Of a stretch of 64,000 nt of DNA, positions 29,401 through 37,621 are shown piece by piece. Below the pieces are notes generated by a model that did no database searches, was not told where the DNA came from, and worked only from the letters and a program-made list of their open reading frames with translations. Origin of the DNA: Candidatus Beckwithbacteria bacterium CG10_big_fil_rev_8_21_14_0_10_34_10. Lineage in GTDB: Bacteria > Patescibacteriota > Microgenomatia > UBA1400. The stretch lies in NCBI GenBank assembly GCA_002773945.1, contig PEZT01000001.1:1131-65130 (forward strand), written 5' to 3'. Positions within the stretch are counted from its first letter, which is position 1. Each line of letters opens with the position of its first letter. The translations under genes were made by a program, and so were the position numbers.

Positions 29401-29643
29401 GTGGGGGGCAAAATCGAAAGAGTAAAGAAAGTTTTTACCAAGAAAGGGAATAACGAAATGGCCTTTTTAACCCTTAATGATCAAACAGCCAGTCTAGATT
29501 TAGTAGTTTTTCCTAAACTGTTCAACAGTTTAAAAACGATTATTATTGAGGAAAAAATTGTTATTGTTGAAGGCAGAATAGATTATAGAGAAGATAGAAT
29601 GTCGTTAATAGTGGAGAAGCTTAGAGAAGTAAAAGAAAACTAA
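26410..29643 (+). CDS. dnaE: DNA polymerase III alpha subunit
   Basis: N-terminal PHP domain FVHLHTHTEYSLLDG. 1077 aa with polymerase core and a C-terminal OB region. Confidence 0.9.
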   Translation: MIDFVHLHTHTEYSLLDGLSKISELVTRAKEYKMKACAITDHGVMYGVIPFYIECLKQGIKPIIGCEIYMAHRSRHDKQAKIDADQYHLILLAKDFKGYQNLMKLLTKAHLEGFYYRPRADFELLEEYHQGLICTSACIEGEIPHLFLNNKDEEAEKVAKKLLKIFGDDFYLEIQSHEKIAKQEIANKKIIALSKKLGIPLVATNDVHYVDKDDAEAQDALLAVQTKKVITDKNRLTMLNSPDFYFKSPKEMKALFIEQPEAIKNTVKVALKCNLKIPIGDWVLPRYPLPKGKTAEVLLEEMVKKKLGYRFPKPTSEIKKRLKYELDVICTKGFATYFLIVQDFVIWAKSQNIRVGPGRGSAAGSLVSYILRITSINPLEHKIPFERFLSPDRPTPPDIDLDFADDRRDEVIEYVTNKYGKDKVAQIITFGTMEARGSIRDIGRVLDMPYSEPDQIAKLIPVGHSIEEALVSVFELQELYKEEKYKKLINLAKKVEGCSRHASTHAAGVVIADKDLTDYVPLQKESRGERIVTQYDMYSLDLNVSEEAIGLLKMDFLGLRNLSILQKSIELVEENIGTKVDVSELPLDDPKVYELICRGETIGVFQLESSGMRRVAKNLKPTVFSDITAMVALYRPGPMELIPEFIRGKENLNRVKYPHEDLKDILEETYGIALYQEQCLQIANLMAGFTMTEADNLRRAIGKKKRSIMVKEKVKFIKGANKKKYSKEIAEKVWSYIERFAGYGFNKAHSVSYAMIAYQTAYMKAHYPVEFMTALLTADSVSSSGPIKDEKISRGIGEAKRMNIYIRPPDINLSKTWFSIEKDPHSLEGKSIRFGLAAVKNVGEAAINAILVSRKEKGNFTSLADFCSRVEGQKANKKVIESLIQVGAFDAFGKRAPMLSALEKIRQKAVQEQKRQSNGQTSLFGSESPAKNNPGFKDDLPEIDEFDSSDLLSLEKKLLGIYLTDNPLTKVLARIEKETSHRLFELDAHELKDRRVKVGGKIERVKKVFTKKGNNEMAFLTLNDQTASLDLVVFPKLFNSLKTIIIEEKIVIVEGRIDYREDRMSLIVEKLREVKEN

Positions 29644-29691
29644 TTTTAGTTCTTGACAGTTCATTTCAAAAAATAGTAAGCTTTTTTTTGG

Positions 29692-29717
29692 AACCAGAAT
29701 ACGACTGGTTTTTTTAA
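29692..29717 (+). terminator. Rho-independent terminator candidate (AACCAG-loop-CTGGTT + T7)
   Basis: A 6-bp stem plus T-run about 50 nt after the dnaE stop. Confidence 0.45.
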
Positions 29718-29776
29718 AGGAAAAAATGGGAAAAACGAAAGAAATTCAATTAAACATAAATTTTAAGAAGTAAAAA

Positions 29777-29803
29777 AGCCGCTACCAGCGGCTCATTTTT
29801 TAT
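29777..29803 (+). terminator. Second hairpin + U-tract (GCCGCT-ACC-AGCGGC TCATTTTTT) 25 nt upstream of pyrD; terminator or attenuator
   Basis: A perfect 6-bp GC-rich stem with a 3-nt loop followed by T6. Confidence 0.5.
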
Positions 29804-29828
29804 TAAAGATAAAGGAAAAGATTAAAAA

Positions 29829-30755
29829 ATGAAGGGGAAAATAAATCTTAGTTGTGTTTTTTGCAATGTTAAATTTAAATCTCCTTTAATATCTCCTTCG
29901 GGAATTGTGGTTGATCAGGAGAAAATAATTGACCTTTCTCAAATAAAGGGAGTGGGCGGCTTAACAACAAAATCTTCTAGTATTTTACCAAGAGAGGGTC
30001 ATTCACCTCCTACGGTTAGCGCTTTTAAAGCAGGCTTCATAAATGCCGTTGGCTTAAAAAATCCAGGGATGATAAATTCAAAAAGGGAAATTATGTTTCT
30101 AAAAAAGAGGATTAATAAACCTATTATTGCCTCTGTTTTTGGGACAAAATTAGCTGATTTTTCAATCCTGGTTAAAGAAATTTCCGAGAGTAAACCCGAC
30201 ATTATTGAGCTCAATTTATCTTGTCCTAATGTTGATGATGAATTTGGCAAGCCATTTGCAACGGATCCGTTATTGACGGCAATGGCTGTAATTGAGGCTA
30301 AAAAGGTAGTTCAAAAAATACCCATCATTGCTAAGCTTACTCCCAATACCCCTTATCTTAACAGAGTTGCTTATGAAGTAGAAAAAGCCGGTGCCGATGG
30401 AATTTCAGCTATTAACACTGTTGGTCCGGGAATGCTTATTAATTTAAAAAAAAGAAAGCCAATATTAAGTAACTGCCTTGGTGGTGTTTCCGGACCTGCC
30501 ATAAAACCAATTGCTCTAAGATGTGTTAATGAGATAAAAAAAACCGTTAAAATTCCCATTATTGGGATGGGAGGAGTAGAAACGGGTAAAGACGCCCTAG
30601 AAATGATTATGGCTGGAGCTACTTTAGTAGGAGTTGGGTCAGCAATTTACCAAGGCGGATTTAAAATATTTGATAAAATTATAAAAGAGATGAAAGAAAT
30701 TATGACTGAAGAAAAAATAAGTTCTATAAATTCAATAAGAGGTAGCCTAAAATGA
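29829..30755 (+). CDS. pyrD: Dihydroorotate dehydrogenase, class 1 catalytic subunit
   Basis: NAVGLKNPG, ISAINTVGPGM and IIGMGGVETGKDALEMIMAGATLVGVGSA. Confidence 0.8.
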   Translation: MKGKINLSCVFCNVKFKSPLISPSGIVVDQEKIIDLSQIKGVGGLTTKSSSILPREGHSPPTVSAFKAGFINAVGLKNPGMINSKREIMFLKKRINKPIIASVFGTKLADFSILVKEISESKPDIIELNLSCPNVDDEFGKPFATDPLLTAMAVIEAKKVVQKIPIIAKLTPNTPYLNRVAYEVEKAGADGISAINTVGPGMLINLKKRKPILSNCLGGVSGPAIKPIALRCVNEIKKTVKIPIIGMGGVETGKDALEMIMAGATLVGVGSAIYQGGFKIFDKIIKEMKEIMTEEKISSINSIRGSLK

Positions 30756-31276
30756 TTTTTACTAGCATTCTTAGAGAAATAAACCAAGTGACAAAAAAAA
30801 TAGATGAGAAAGAAATTAGAAATTTTATTAAAGAAATAAAAAAAGCCAAGAGAATTTTTGTTGTTGGAGTTGGCCGGTCTGGCCTAATGGTAAAAAATCT
30901 AGCCTTAAGATTAGTCAGATTAAAGAAAAAAACTTTTGTTATTGGGGAAACTATTAATCCAGAAGTGAAAAAAAATGATCTTTTAATTGCTGTTTCTGGC
31001 TCAGGAGAAACAGAGGCAGTTCTAAGTGCGGTTAAAATTTGCCGGGTTAAAGGAGCCAGAATTTTAGGAGTTTTAGCCGACAAAAATTCTCCCTTGGCAA
31101 AGCTGAGTCATTGTTTTGTTCTCGTTCCTGCTAAAATTCCCAAGCGCCTTGGTAATCAATATCAATTAAGAGAGTTGATTGGAGTGCCGGAAAGATCACC
31201 AACAAAATCGCTCTTTGAGGTTTGTAGTTTAATATTTTTTGAAACAGCAGTTGATAAACTTAATGGAAAAGAATAA
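30752..31276 (+). CDS. SIS-domain protein, 6-phospho-3-hexuloisomerase (PHI)-like
   Basis: IFVVGVGRSGLMVKNLALRLV...LLIAVSGSGETEAV...LAKLSHCFVLVPA. Length and pattern match PHI. Confidence 0.6.
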   Translation: MIFTSILREINQVTKKIDEKEIRNFIKEIKKAKRIFVVGVGRSGLMVKNLALRLVRLKKKTFVIGETINPEVKKNDLLIAVSGSGETEAVLSAVKICRVKGARILGVLADKNSPLAKLSHCFVLVPAKIPKRLGNQYQLRELIGVPERSPTKSLFEVCSLIFFETAVDKLNGKE

Positions 31277-31288
31277 TTTAAAAAAATA

Positions 31289-32131
31289 ATGAATTTTCAA
31301 CAGAAATTAGACAAAATAATTAAAACAAATAATTCTTGTGTTTGTGTTGGTTTAGATTCTAATTTTGATAAAATTCCAGGGTTTTTAAAGATAAATAAGC
31401 CAGTTAGCGAGGCAATTTTCTCCTTTAATAAAAAAATAGTTGAGGCTACTTATGATTTGGTTTGCGCTTATAAACCAAACATTGCTTTTTACGAAGCTGA
31501 AGGGTTAGAAGGCTTAAAAGCCCTTAAAAAAACCATCGAGTTTATCAAAAAGAAAAACCCTAATTTACTTGTGATTGTTGATGCTAAAAGAGGAGATATC
31601 GGGAGTACTAATATTGGTTATGTTAAATCTCTTTTTGACTTTTATAGTTTTGATGCTCTTACTGTTCATCCTTATTTAGGTAAAGAATCTCTGGAACCTT
31701 TTTTAAAAAGAAAAGATAAGGGCATCATTGTTCTTTGTCGAACCTCGAATCCAGGAGCAGGAGAATTTCAAGACTTAATAGTTAGCAATAAAAATGGAAA
31801 AAAAATGCCTTTGTATCTGGCAATTGCCAGGAAAGTAGAAAATAGCTGGAACAAAAATAATAATTGTGCTTTAGTGGTTGGGGCCACTTACCCCAAGGAA
31901 CTAGCACAAATAAGAAAAATTGTTCCGGCGATGCCTTTTTTAATACCAGGAATTGGCATTCAGGGAGGGGATATTAAAAAAACCATTCAGGCCGGTAGAA
32001 ATAAAGATGGCCGGGGTGTGATTATTAATTCCAGCCGGGGAATAATATTTAGCTCTTCAGCTAGAAATTTTGATAAAATAGCCAGGGATAAAACTTTGAA
32101 GTTAAAAAAAGAAATCAATAAATACCGCTAA
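31289..32131 (+). CDS. pyrF: Orotidine-5'-phosphate decarboxylase (type 2)
   Basis: CVGLDS and VDAKRGDIGST (the DxKxxDIxxT catalytic motif). About 280 aa. Confidence 0.75.
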   Translation: MNFQQKLDKIIKTNNSCVCVGLDSNFDKIPGFLKINKPVSEAIFSFNKKIVEATYDLVCAYKPNIAFYEAEGLEGLKALKKTIEFIKKKNPNLLVIVDAKRGDIGSTNIGYVKSLFDFYSFDALTVHPYLGKESLEPFLKRKDKGIIVLCRTSNPGAGEFQDLIVSNKNGKKMPLYLAIARKVENSWNKNNNCALVVGATYPKELAQIRKIVPAMPFLIPGIGIQGGDIKKTIQAGRNKDGRGVIINSSRGIIFSSSARNFDKIARDKTLKLKKEINKYR

Positions 32132-32152
32132 TAAACAACAAAAGGAGTCTTT

Positions 32153-32815
32153 ATGAATAGTAAAGAAATTTCAAAGAAAACTGCCCAACTGCTTTTAAAA
32201 ATAAAAGCCATTCAAATTAGGCCTGAAAAGCCTTTTAAATTTACTTCAGGGATCCTAAGCCCTATATATATTGATAATCGGATTTTAATGTCTCTCCCAA
32301 AAGAAAGAAGGAAAATTATAAACTTTTATTTAAAAATAATTAAAGAAAAAATAGGAGTTACAAAAAACACTATCTTTTCTGGAACAGCCACCGCCGCTAT
32401 TTTCCAAACTGCCTATATATCTCAAAAACTAAATCTTCCGATGGTATATGTTAGAGATACTAAAAAAGGCCATGGTGGCCAAAATCAGATAGAAGGGATA
32501 GTTAAAAAAGGCCAAAGAGCGGTTGTAATAGAAGACCATATTTCGACCGGAGGAAGTCTAATTGGCAACCTTAGAGCTTTAAGAAAAGCTGGAGCAAAAG
32601 TAAATTATGCGATTGCTACCACTACCTATTTAATGAAAAAAGCCAGCATTTTATTTAAAAAAGCCAAAATAAAGGTCTATACTTTAACTGATCTCAAGAC
32701 TATAATTGATGAGGCAGTAAAAGGAAAATACATAAAAGCGAGTGATAAAGACTTAGTTTTAAAATGGGCCGAAAATCCACCAAGTTGGGGAAAGAAATTC
32801 GGTTTTGAAAAATAA
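32153..32815 (+). CDS. pyrE: Orotate phosphoribosyltransferase
   Basis: FTSGILSPIYIDNR and the PRPP-binding VVIEDHISTGGS. Confidence 0.8.
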   Translation: MNSKEISKKTAQLLLKIKAIQIRPEKPFKFTSGILSPIYIDNRILMSLPKERRKIINFYLKIIKEKIGVTKNTIFSGTATAAIFQTAYISQKLNLPMVYVRDTKKGHGGQNQIEGIVKKGQRAVVIEDHISTGGSLIGNLRALRKAGAKVNYAIATTTYLMKKASILFKKAKIKVYTLTDLKTIIDEAVKGKYIKASDKDLVLKWAENPPSWGKKFGFEK

Positions 32816-32818
32816 GAT

Positions 32819-33715
32819 ATGAAAATATTTAGCGGTTCAGCTTCCCAAAAATTAGGCATCAAAATAGCCAATGATTTAAATCTTAGTCTGGAAAAGATTT
32901 ATTTAGGTCGTTTCTCTAATGATGAATCTCAGGTTTGGCTTAAGGCCGAAGATTTTAATACGACGGCTGTTTTAATTCAAAGCTTATCGCGACCGGTTGA
33001 TGAACATTTAGTTCAATTTTGTTTAATGGCTGATGCCCTAAAGCGGGGAGGAGTAAAAAAAATTGTGGCGGTTATTCCTTATTTAGCCTACAGTAAACAG
33101 GATAAGATATTTAGAACTGGTGAACCTTTATCTGTCAAAGTGATTGCCAAAATAATTCAAACCGCTAAAATCAACAAGTTTATTACTCTTGATTTACATA
33201 ATAAAGCGATCGTGGGATTTTTTGAAAGTCCGGTGATAGAGCTTTCAGCTATCCCTTTGTTTTTAGAATATTTTAGGAAATCTAACCTAAAAAACACCCT
33301 AGTGGTAGCTCCTGATGCCGGTTCAATTAAGGCCTCAACTTCCTTTGCCCAGAGTTTAGGATTAGAGGTGGCCTATATTGATAAAAAAAGAGATTTATCA
33401 AATGGGAAAGTTAGTATTTTGGGTATTAATCGTCAAGTTAAAGGAAATAATATTGTTATGGTTGATGATATGATTAGTACAGGCAGTACCTTAATTGAAA
33501 CAGCTAAATTCTTAAAAAAACAGAGAGTAGGGAAGATTACGGTGGCAGTTTCTCATCATCTTTTTGTTCCTGGAGTTCAGGAAAAAATTGAGCAAAGTCT
33601 AATTGACAAACTAATCATAACTGATACAATCGAAAGATCCAATAAAAAGCAATATAAAAAACTTAAAGTTTTATCAGTCGCCCCAATAATTGTAAAGGAA
33701 CTTAGAAAGATTTAA
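32819..33715 (+). CDS. prs: Ribose-phosphate pyrophosphokinase
   Basis: MKIFSGSAS...RFSNDESQV and the PRPP loop MVDDMISTGSTL. Confidence 0.85.
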   Translation: MKIFSGSASQKLGIKIANDLNLSLEKIYLGRFSNDESQVWLKAEDFNTTAVLIQSLSRPVDEHLVQFCLMADALKRGGVKKIVAVIPYLAYSKQDKIFRTGEPLSVKVIAKIIQTAKINKFITLDLHNKAIVGFFESPVIELSAIPLFLEYFRKSNLKNTLVVAPDAGSIKASTSFAQSLGLEVAYIDKKRDLSNGKVSILGINRQVKGNNIVMVDDMISTGSTLIETAKFLKKQRVGKITVAVSHHLFVPGVQEKIEQSLIDKLIITDTIERSNKKQYKKLKVLSVAPIIVKELRKI

Positions 33716-35349
33716 TGAAAAAATATAAATACATTTTTGTTTCAGGGGGAGTTATTTCTGGCTTAGGAAAAGGAATAACTGCTTCATCCATTGGCTTGCT
33801 TCTCAAAGCTCAGGGTTTTAAGGTCGCTTTAGTTAAATGTGATCCTTATGTCAATATTGATGCTGGGACAATTAGACCTCAGGAACACGGAGAAGTGTTT
33901 GTCACTAATGATGGAATTGAATCAGATCAAGATCTGGGCCATTATGAGAGGTTTCTTAATGAAGATTTAACTCGGGCTCACTACATCACCACCGGTCAGA
34001 TCTATAAGGAGGTTATTAGAAAAGAAAGAAACTTTGAATATAATGGTGAGGACGTGGAGGTTGTTCCTCATGTACCAGAAGAAATGATTAGAAGATTTAA
34101 ATTAGCTGGTAAAGCTTCAAATGCAGATGTGGTTATTATTGAAATAGGTGGAACAGTCGGAGAATACCAAAATATCTTGTTTTTAGAAGCGAACAGAATT
34201 ATGAAAATGAGGGATAAGGAAAAAGTTATTCATGTTCATGTGGCTTATTTACCCACTCCGCCTTCAATTGGAGAAATGAAGTCTAAGCCTGTTCAGTTAT
34301 CTGTCAGACTTTTGGCTCAAACAGGTATCCAACCAGATTTCTTAGTTGCCCGGGCAGAAAAACCGATAGACCAGCAAAGAAAAGATAGAATCTCGCTTTT
34401 TTGTAATATTGAAAAAGAAGACATTTTTTCTAATCCATATGTGCCCATTACTTATGAAGTGCCGTTAATATTTAAAGAACAGGGTTTTGATAAAAAGATT
34501 ATGGAGAAGCTTAAACTTAAAGGCAAAAATACAGATTTACTAAATAATTGGAAAAAAATGGTTAAGAGGGTTAAAAAAGCTAAGAAAAAAATCAAGATAG
34601 CAGTGGCTGGAAAATATCAAACAGTCGGCGACTATATTCTACCCGATTCTTATGTTTGTGTTTTAGAAGCTTTAAGACATGCTGCTTGGCATTATGGTTA
34701 TTCTCCGGAAATCGTTTGGCTAAATACTGAAAAAATTGAAAAAGACAAAAGCTTGTTAAAAAGGCTAGATAAGGTTGACGGAATAATTATCCCCCAGGGC
34801 TGGGGATCAAGAGGAGTCGAGGGAAAAATTATGGCGATTGAATATGCGAGAGTTAACAATCTTCCCTTTTTAGGTCTTTGTTTCGGAATGCAAATGGCAG
34901 TCATTGAATATGCCAGGAATGTTTTGAAATTAAAAAATGCTAATTCTGAAGAGGTAGATCCCAAGACACCCTATCCAGTAATTCACATTATGCCCAAACA
35001 AATAGAATATTTAAAAAAGAAACAATATGGGGGAACAATTAGATTGGGGGCCTGGCCATGTAAAGTTAAAAAAAATACTGAACTCTTTAAAATGTATGGA
35101 AAAGAAAATATATCGGAAAGACATCGGCACAGATATGAATTTAACTCTAAATATAAGGTAAAATTCCAGAAAAAAGGCTTAGTAATAAGTGGAGTCTCAC
35201 CTGATGGAAAGCTAGTTGAAGCAATTGAGTTGCCCAAACAAAAGCACCCTTTTTTCCAAGGAGTTCAATTTCATCCTGAATTTAAATCAAGGCCTTTAAC
35301 TCCTCATCCAGTATTTATGGGTTTCATTAAAGCTGCTATTAAAAGCTAA
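33715..35349 (+). CDS. pyrG: CTP synthase
   Basis: KYIFVSGGVISGLGKGITASS is the N-terminus. The C-terminal glutamine amidotransferase domain carries GLCFGMQ. Confidence 0.9.
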   Translation: MKKYKYIFVSGGVISGLGKGITASSIGLLLKAQGFKVALVKCDPYVNIDAGTIRPQEHGEVFVTNDGIESDQDLGHYERFLNEDLTRAHYITTGQIYKEVIRKERNFEYNGEDVEVVPHVPEEMIRRFKLAGKASNADVVIIEIGGTVGEYQNILFLEANRIMKMRDKEKVIHVHVAYLPTPPSIGEMKSKPVQLSVRLLAQTGIQPDFLVARAEKPIDQQRKDRISLFCNIEKEDIFSNPYVPITYEVPLIFKEQGFDKKIMEKLKLKGKNTDLLNNWKKMVKRVKKAKKKIKIAVAGKYQTVGDYILPDSYVCVLEALRHAAWHYGYSPEIVWLNTEKIEKDKSLLKRLDKVDGIIIPQGWGSRGVEGKIMAIEYARVNNLPFLGLCFGMQMAVIEYARNVLKLKNANSEEVDPKTPYPVIHIMPKQIEYLKKKQYGGTIRLGAWPCKVKKNTELFKMYGKENISERHRHRYEFNSKYKVKFQKKGLVISGVSPDGKLVEAIELPKQKHPFFQGVQFHPEFKSRPLTPHPVFMGFIKAAIKS

Positions 35350-35390
35350 AAGACTTGTTAAATTAGCTAAGCTTTGATAAAATTTCTCCT

Positions 35391-35810
35391 ATGGCTAATA
35401 AAATAGAATTTAAAAATACAATTGTTAATGTTGGTGATACTATAAGAGTTCACCAAAATATAAAAGAAGACAAAAAAGAAAGAAGTCAGGTTTTTGAAGG
35501 AATTGTAATTGCTATTAAGGGCAAAGCAGAAGGTAAAAGTATTACTGTTAGAAGAATTGCCACCGGAAATATTGGAGTTGAAAGAATATGGCCCATAAAT
35601 ACTCCCCACATTACTAAAGTAGAGGTTAAAAGAAAAGGTAAAGTAAAAAGAGCTAAACTATATTACCTTAGAAAAAGAATAGGTAAAAAAGCTACCAGAG
35701 TAAAAAAAGGAATAACCAATAAAACTCAAGAAAAAGAGGAAGTAAAAGTAGAGAAAAAGCCAATAAACGAAAAGAAAACTTCAGAAAAGAAAACAGACAA
35801 TAAAAAATAA
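35391..35810 (+). CDS. rplS: 50S ribosomal protein L19 with Lys/Glu-rich C-terminal extension
   Basis: GDTIRVHQNIKEDKKERSQVFEGIVIAIKG...TVRRI is the L19 core. About 25 extra C-terminal residues are K/E-rich. Confidence 0.8.
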   Translation: MANKIEFKNTIVNVGDTIRVHQNIKEDKKERSQVFEGIVIAIKGKAEGKSITVRRIATGNIGVERIWPINTPHITKVEVKRKGKVKRAKLYYLRKRIGKKATRVKKGITNKTQEKEEVKVEKKPINEKKTSEKKTDNKK

Positions 35811-35857
35811 CCTTAACTTGTTGTTCTCCCTAACATTTGATAAAATCTATTTGTTCT

Positions 35858-35930
35858 GGCCCCATCGTCTAACGGCTCAGGACATCAGGTTTTCATCCTG
35901 AAAATCGGGGTCCGATTCCCCGTGGGGTCA
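35858..35930 (+). tRNA. tRNA-Glu (anticodon TTC)
   Basis: GGCCCCA...GTCT/AGGAC D-arm, anticodon loop TTTTCAT, T-loop TCCGATT. Parallels the canonical tRNA-Glu layout. Confidence 0.75.
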
Positions 35931-35965
35931 CAGTTTTTTATACTAAATTTCCTTAAGATAAATTC

Positions 35966-36295
35966 ATGAATAATGATAAGTTTGATTTTCAAGAGTTCGC
36001 TAAGCTAGATATCAGGATGGGGACTGTAATAGAAGCAGAAAGAGTTCCAGAAACTAATAAATTGTTAAAAGTCCAAATAGATTTTGGTAATGAAACAAGA
36101 CAAGTAGTTGCTGGATTTGGACATCTTCATAAGCCAGAAGAACTTGTTGGCAAGCAAGTGCCAGTTGTCATAAATATCAAAGAGGCTAATATTAAGGGTG
36201 TTAAAAGTCAAGGTATTTTTATCGCAATATATGATGATAAGGCAACTTTTCTTATTCCAGAAAACAAAGTTAAAAACGGTAGTAAAATTAAATAA
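35966..36295 (+). CDS. tRNA-binding (EMAP/CsaA/Trbp111-like) OB-fold protein
   Basis: LDIRMGTVIEAERVPETNKLLKVQIDFGNETRQVVAGF...VKSQGIF. Confidence 0.7.
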   Translation: MNNDKFDFQEFAKLDIRMGTVIEAERVPETNKLLKVQIDFGNETRQVVAGFGHLHKPEELVGKQVPVVINIKEANIKGVKSQGIFIAIYDDKATFLIPENKVKNGSKIK

Positions 36296-36388
36296 AAACT
36301 GTTTTCAATTTCTTAAGTCTTTTTTTCCCAATACTACTGGCAATACTTGAAGCAACAATATTTATTTCAGATGCAAGAAATAATTGTT

Positions 36389-36904
36389 TCATTTGTTTAC
36401 TCTGTATCTAATTTGAATTAAGCCTTCACCAAGTTCTTTTATACCTATTCTCTTTAATCTCTTAAAACAATCAAATTTATCCATAACTCTAAGCCCATTT
36501 CCTATTAAGAACGGGTGAATACTAAGCCATATTTCATTTACAAGATTCTCTTTTAAAAATGAAGTATTTAGAGTCATTCCTCCAATAAGCATTAGTTTTT
36601 TTAGTCCTTTATTGCCAGCCATTACTATTACTTCTTTGGGAGTTTTATTGGTAAATATTACATTACTTGGAGTTTTTTGATTTAATAATTTTTTATTACT
36701 GGTCATCACAATATTAATAGCTCCCTTGCAAGGAAAATCATCACCAAAAATCTCATAAGTTTTTCGTCCCATTACCATAATTCCACAATCTCTTATTAAG
36801 GCATCAAATTCTTTCCAATCTGTTTCCGTTACCCAATCAGAATCATCTTGACCCTTTGTTATCAATCCGTTTATTGAAGTAGCCATGTATAAAATTACTT
36901 TCAT
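36389..36904 (-). CDS. Dihydrofolate-reductase-like (RibD C-terminal domain family) protein
   Basis: MKVILYMATSINGLI...MGRKTYE...LMLIGGMTLNTSFLKENLVNEIWLSIHP. Confidence 0.6.
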   Translation of the reverse strand: MKVILYMATSINGLITKGQDDSDWVTETDWKEFDALIRDCGIMVMGRKTYEIFGDDFPCKGAINIVMTSNKKLLNQKTPSNVIFTNKTPKEVIVMAGNKGLKKLMLIGGMTLNTSFLKENLVNEIWLSIHPFLIGNGLRVMDKFDCFKRLKRIGIKELGEGLIQIRYRVNK

Positions 36905-37004
36905 TTTAGCTTAGCTTAATTTTATCATAATTAACAAATGCTGATAAAATATTAGAAATAGAGTATTTAGTATAAAGCCTCACTGTTTATAAAAGAAGTT
37001 TAAC

Positions 37005-37433
37005 CTACCTAGTAACACTTAATTTATCTCTTGTTTCTGTTAATGGAGCTAAAACTGTTATTCTATTAGCTTGGGTCTGACAGATTTCATAACAACTATT
37101 AATTTCATCACAGCTGGTGTCAGGATCAGTTGGAATAAGAGCAATATAACTGGCAACAAGAGAAGGGCTTAGATCTAAATTATCTAGACCAATTATTGAG
37201 GTTAATGGACATGTTTCCATAGTAATTTCTTCAGGGGGATTACCATTATTATCAACTTGATACTGATTTATGGCATTTAAAATAGCATTGATATCACTTT
37301 CTCTTTTAGCATCTCTAGCCATCTTATATTGCCTCCCTGGGTTAAGAGCCACTAAAACAGTCCCCATTAAAATTACCATTATGGCGATAACTACTAGAAG
37401 TTCAATTAAAGTAAAACCTCGGCTTATTTTCAA
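37005..37433 (-). CDS. Type IV pilin/pseudopilin with Cys-rich C-terminal head
   Basis: Prepilin N-terminus MKISRGFTLIELLVVIAIMVIL with a class III signal. Five Cys lie in the last 60 aa. Confidence 0.75.
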   Translation of the reverse strand: MKISRGFTLIELLVVIAIMVILMGTVLVALNPGRQYKMARDAKRESDINAILNAINQYQVDNNGNPPEEITMETCPLTSIIGLDNLDLSPSLVASYIALIPTDPDTSCDEINSCYEICQTQANRITVLAPLTETRDKLSVTR

Positions 37434-37470
37434 AAATTCACCTTTAAAAGTCTTATTAAAAAGAAGATCA

Positions 37471-37546
37471 TGGTGAGTCCGGAGAGGTTCGAACTCTCGA
37501 CCTACTGCTTAAAAGGCAGTTGCTCTACCAACTGAGCTACGGACCC
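37471..37546 (-). tRNA. tRNA-Lys (anticodon TTT), CCA encoded
   Basis: Reverse-complement reads GGGTCCG...ACTGC-CTTTTAA-GCAGT...GAGAG-TTCGAAC-CTCTC-CGGACTC-A-CCA. Confidence 0.8.
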
Positions 37547-37621
37547 AATAATTGATATTATATCAGTTTTGTGGCTTTAGATTCAATGTTTTTAGATAGA
37601 AAATAGAATAAAATATGGTTT

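Noticed and set aside
31289-32131. Possibility that the gene after PHI is 3-hexulose-6-phosphate synthase rather than pyrF
   Set aside because: The catalytic motif is DAKRGDIGST (OMPDC type 2, DxKxxDIxxT) and the length is about 280 aa. HPS carries a DxKxxDxG motif (MKTMDAG) at roughly 210 aa.
37270-37476. 68-aa plus-strand ORF overlapping the pilin gene
   Set aside because: It is antisense to the clear prepilin coding sequence, so it is spurious.
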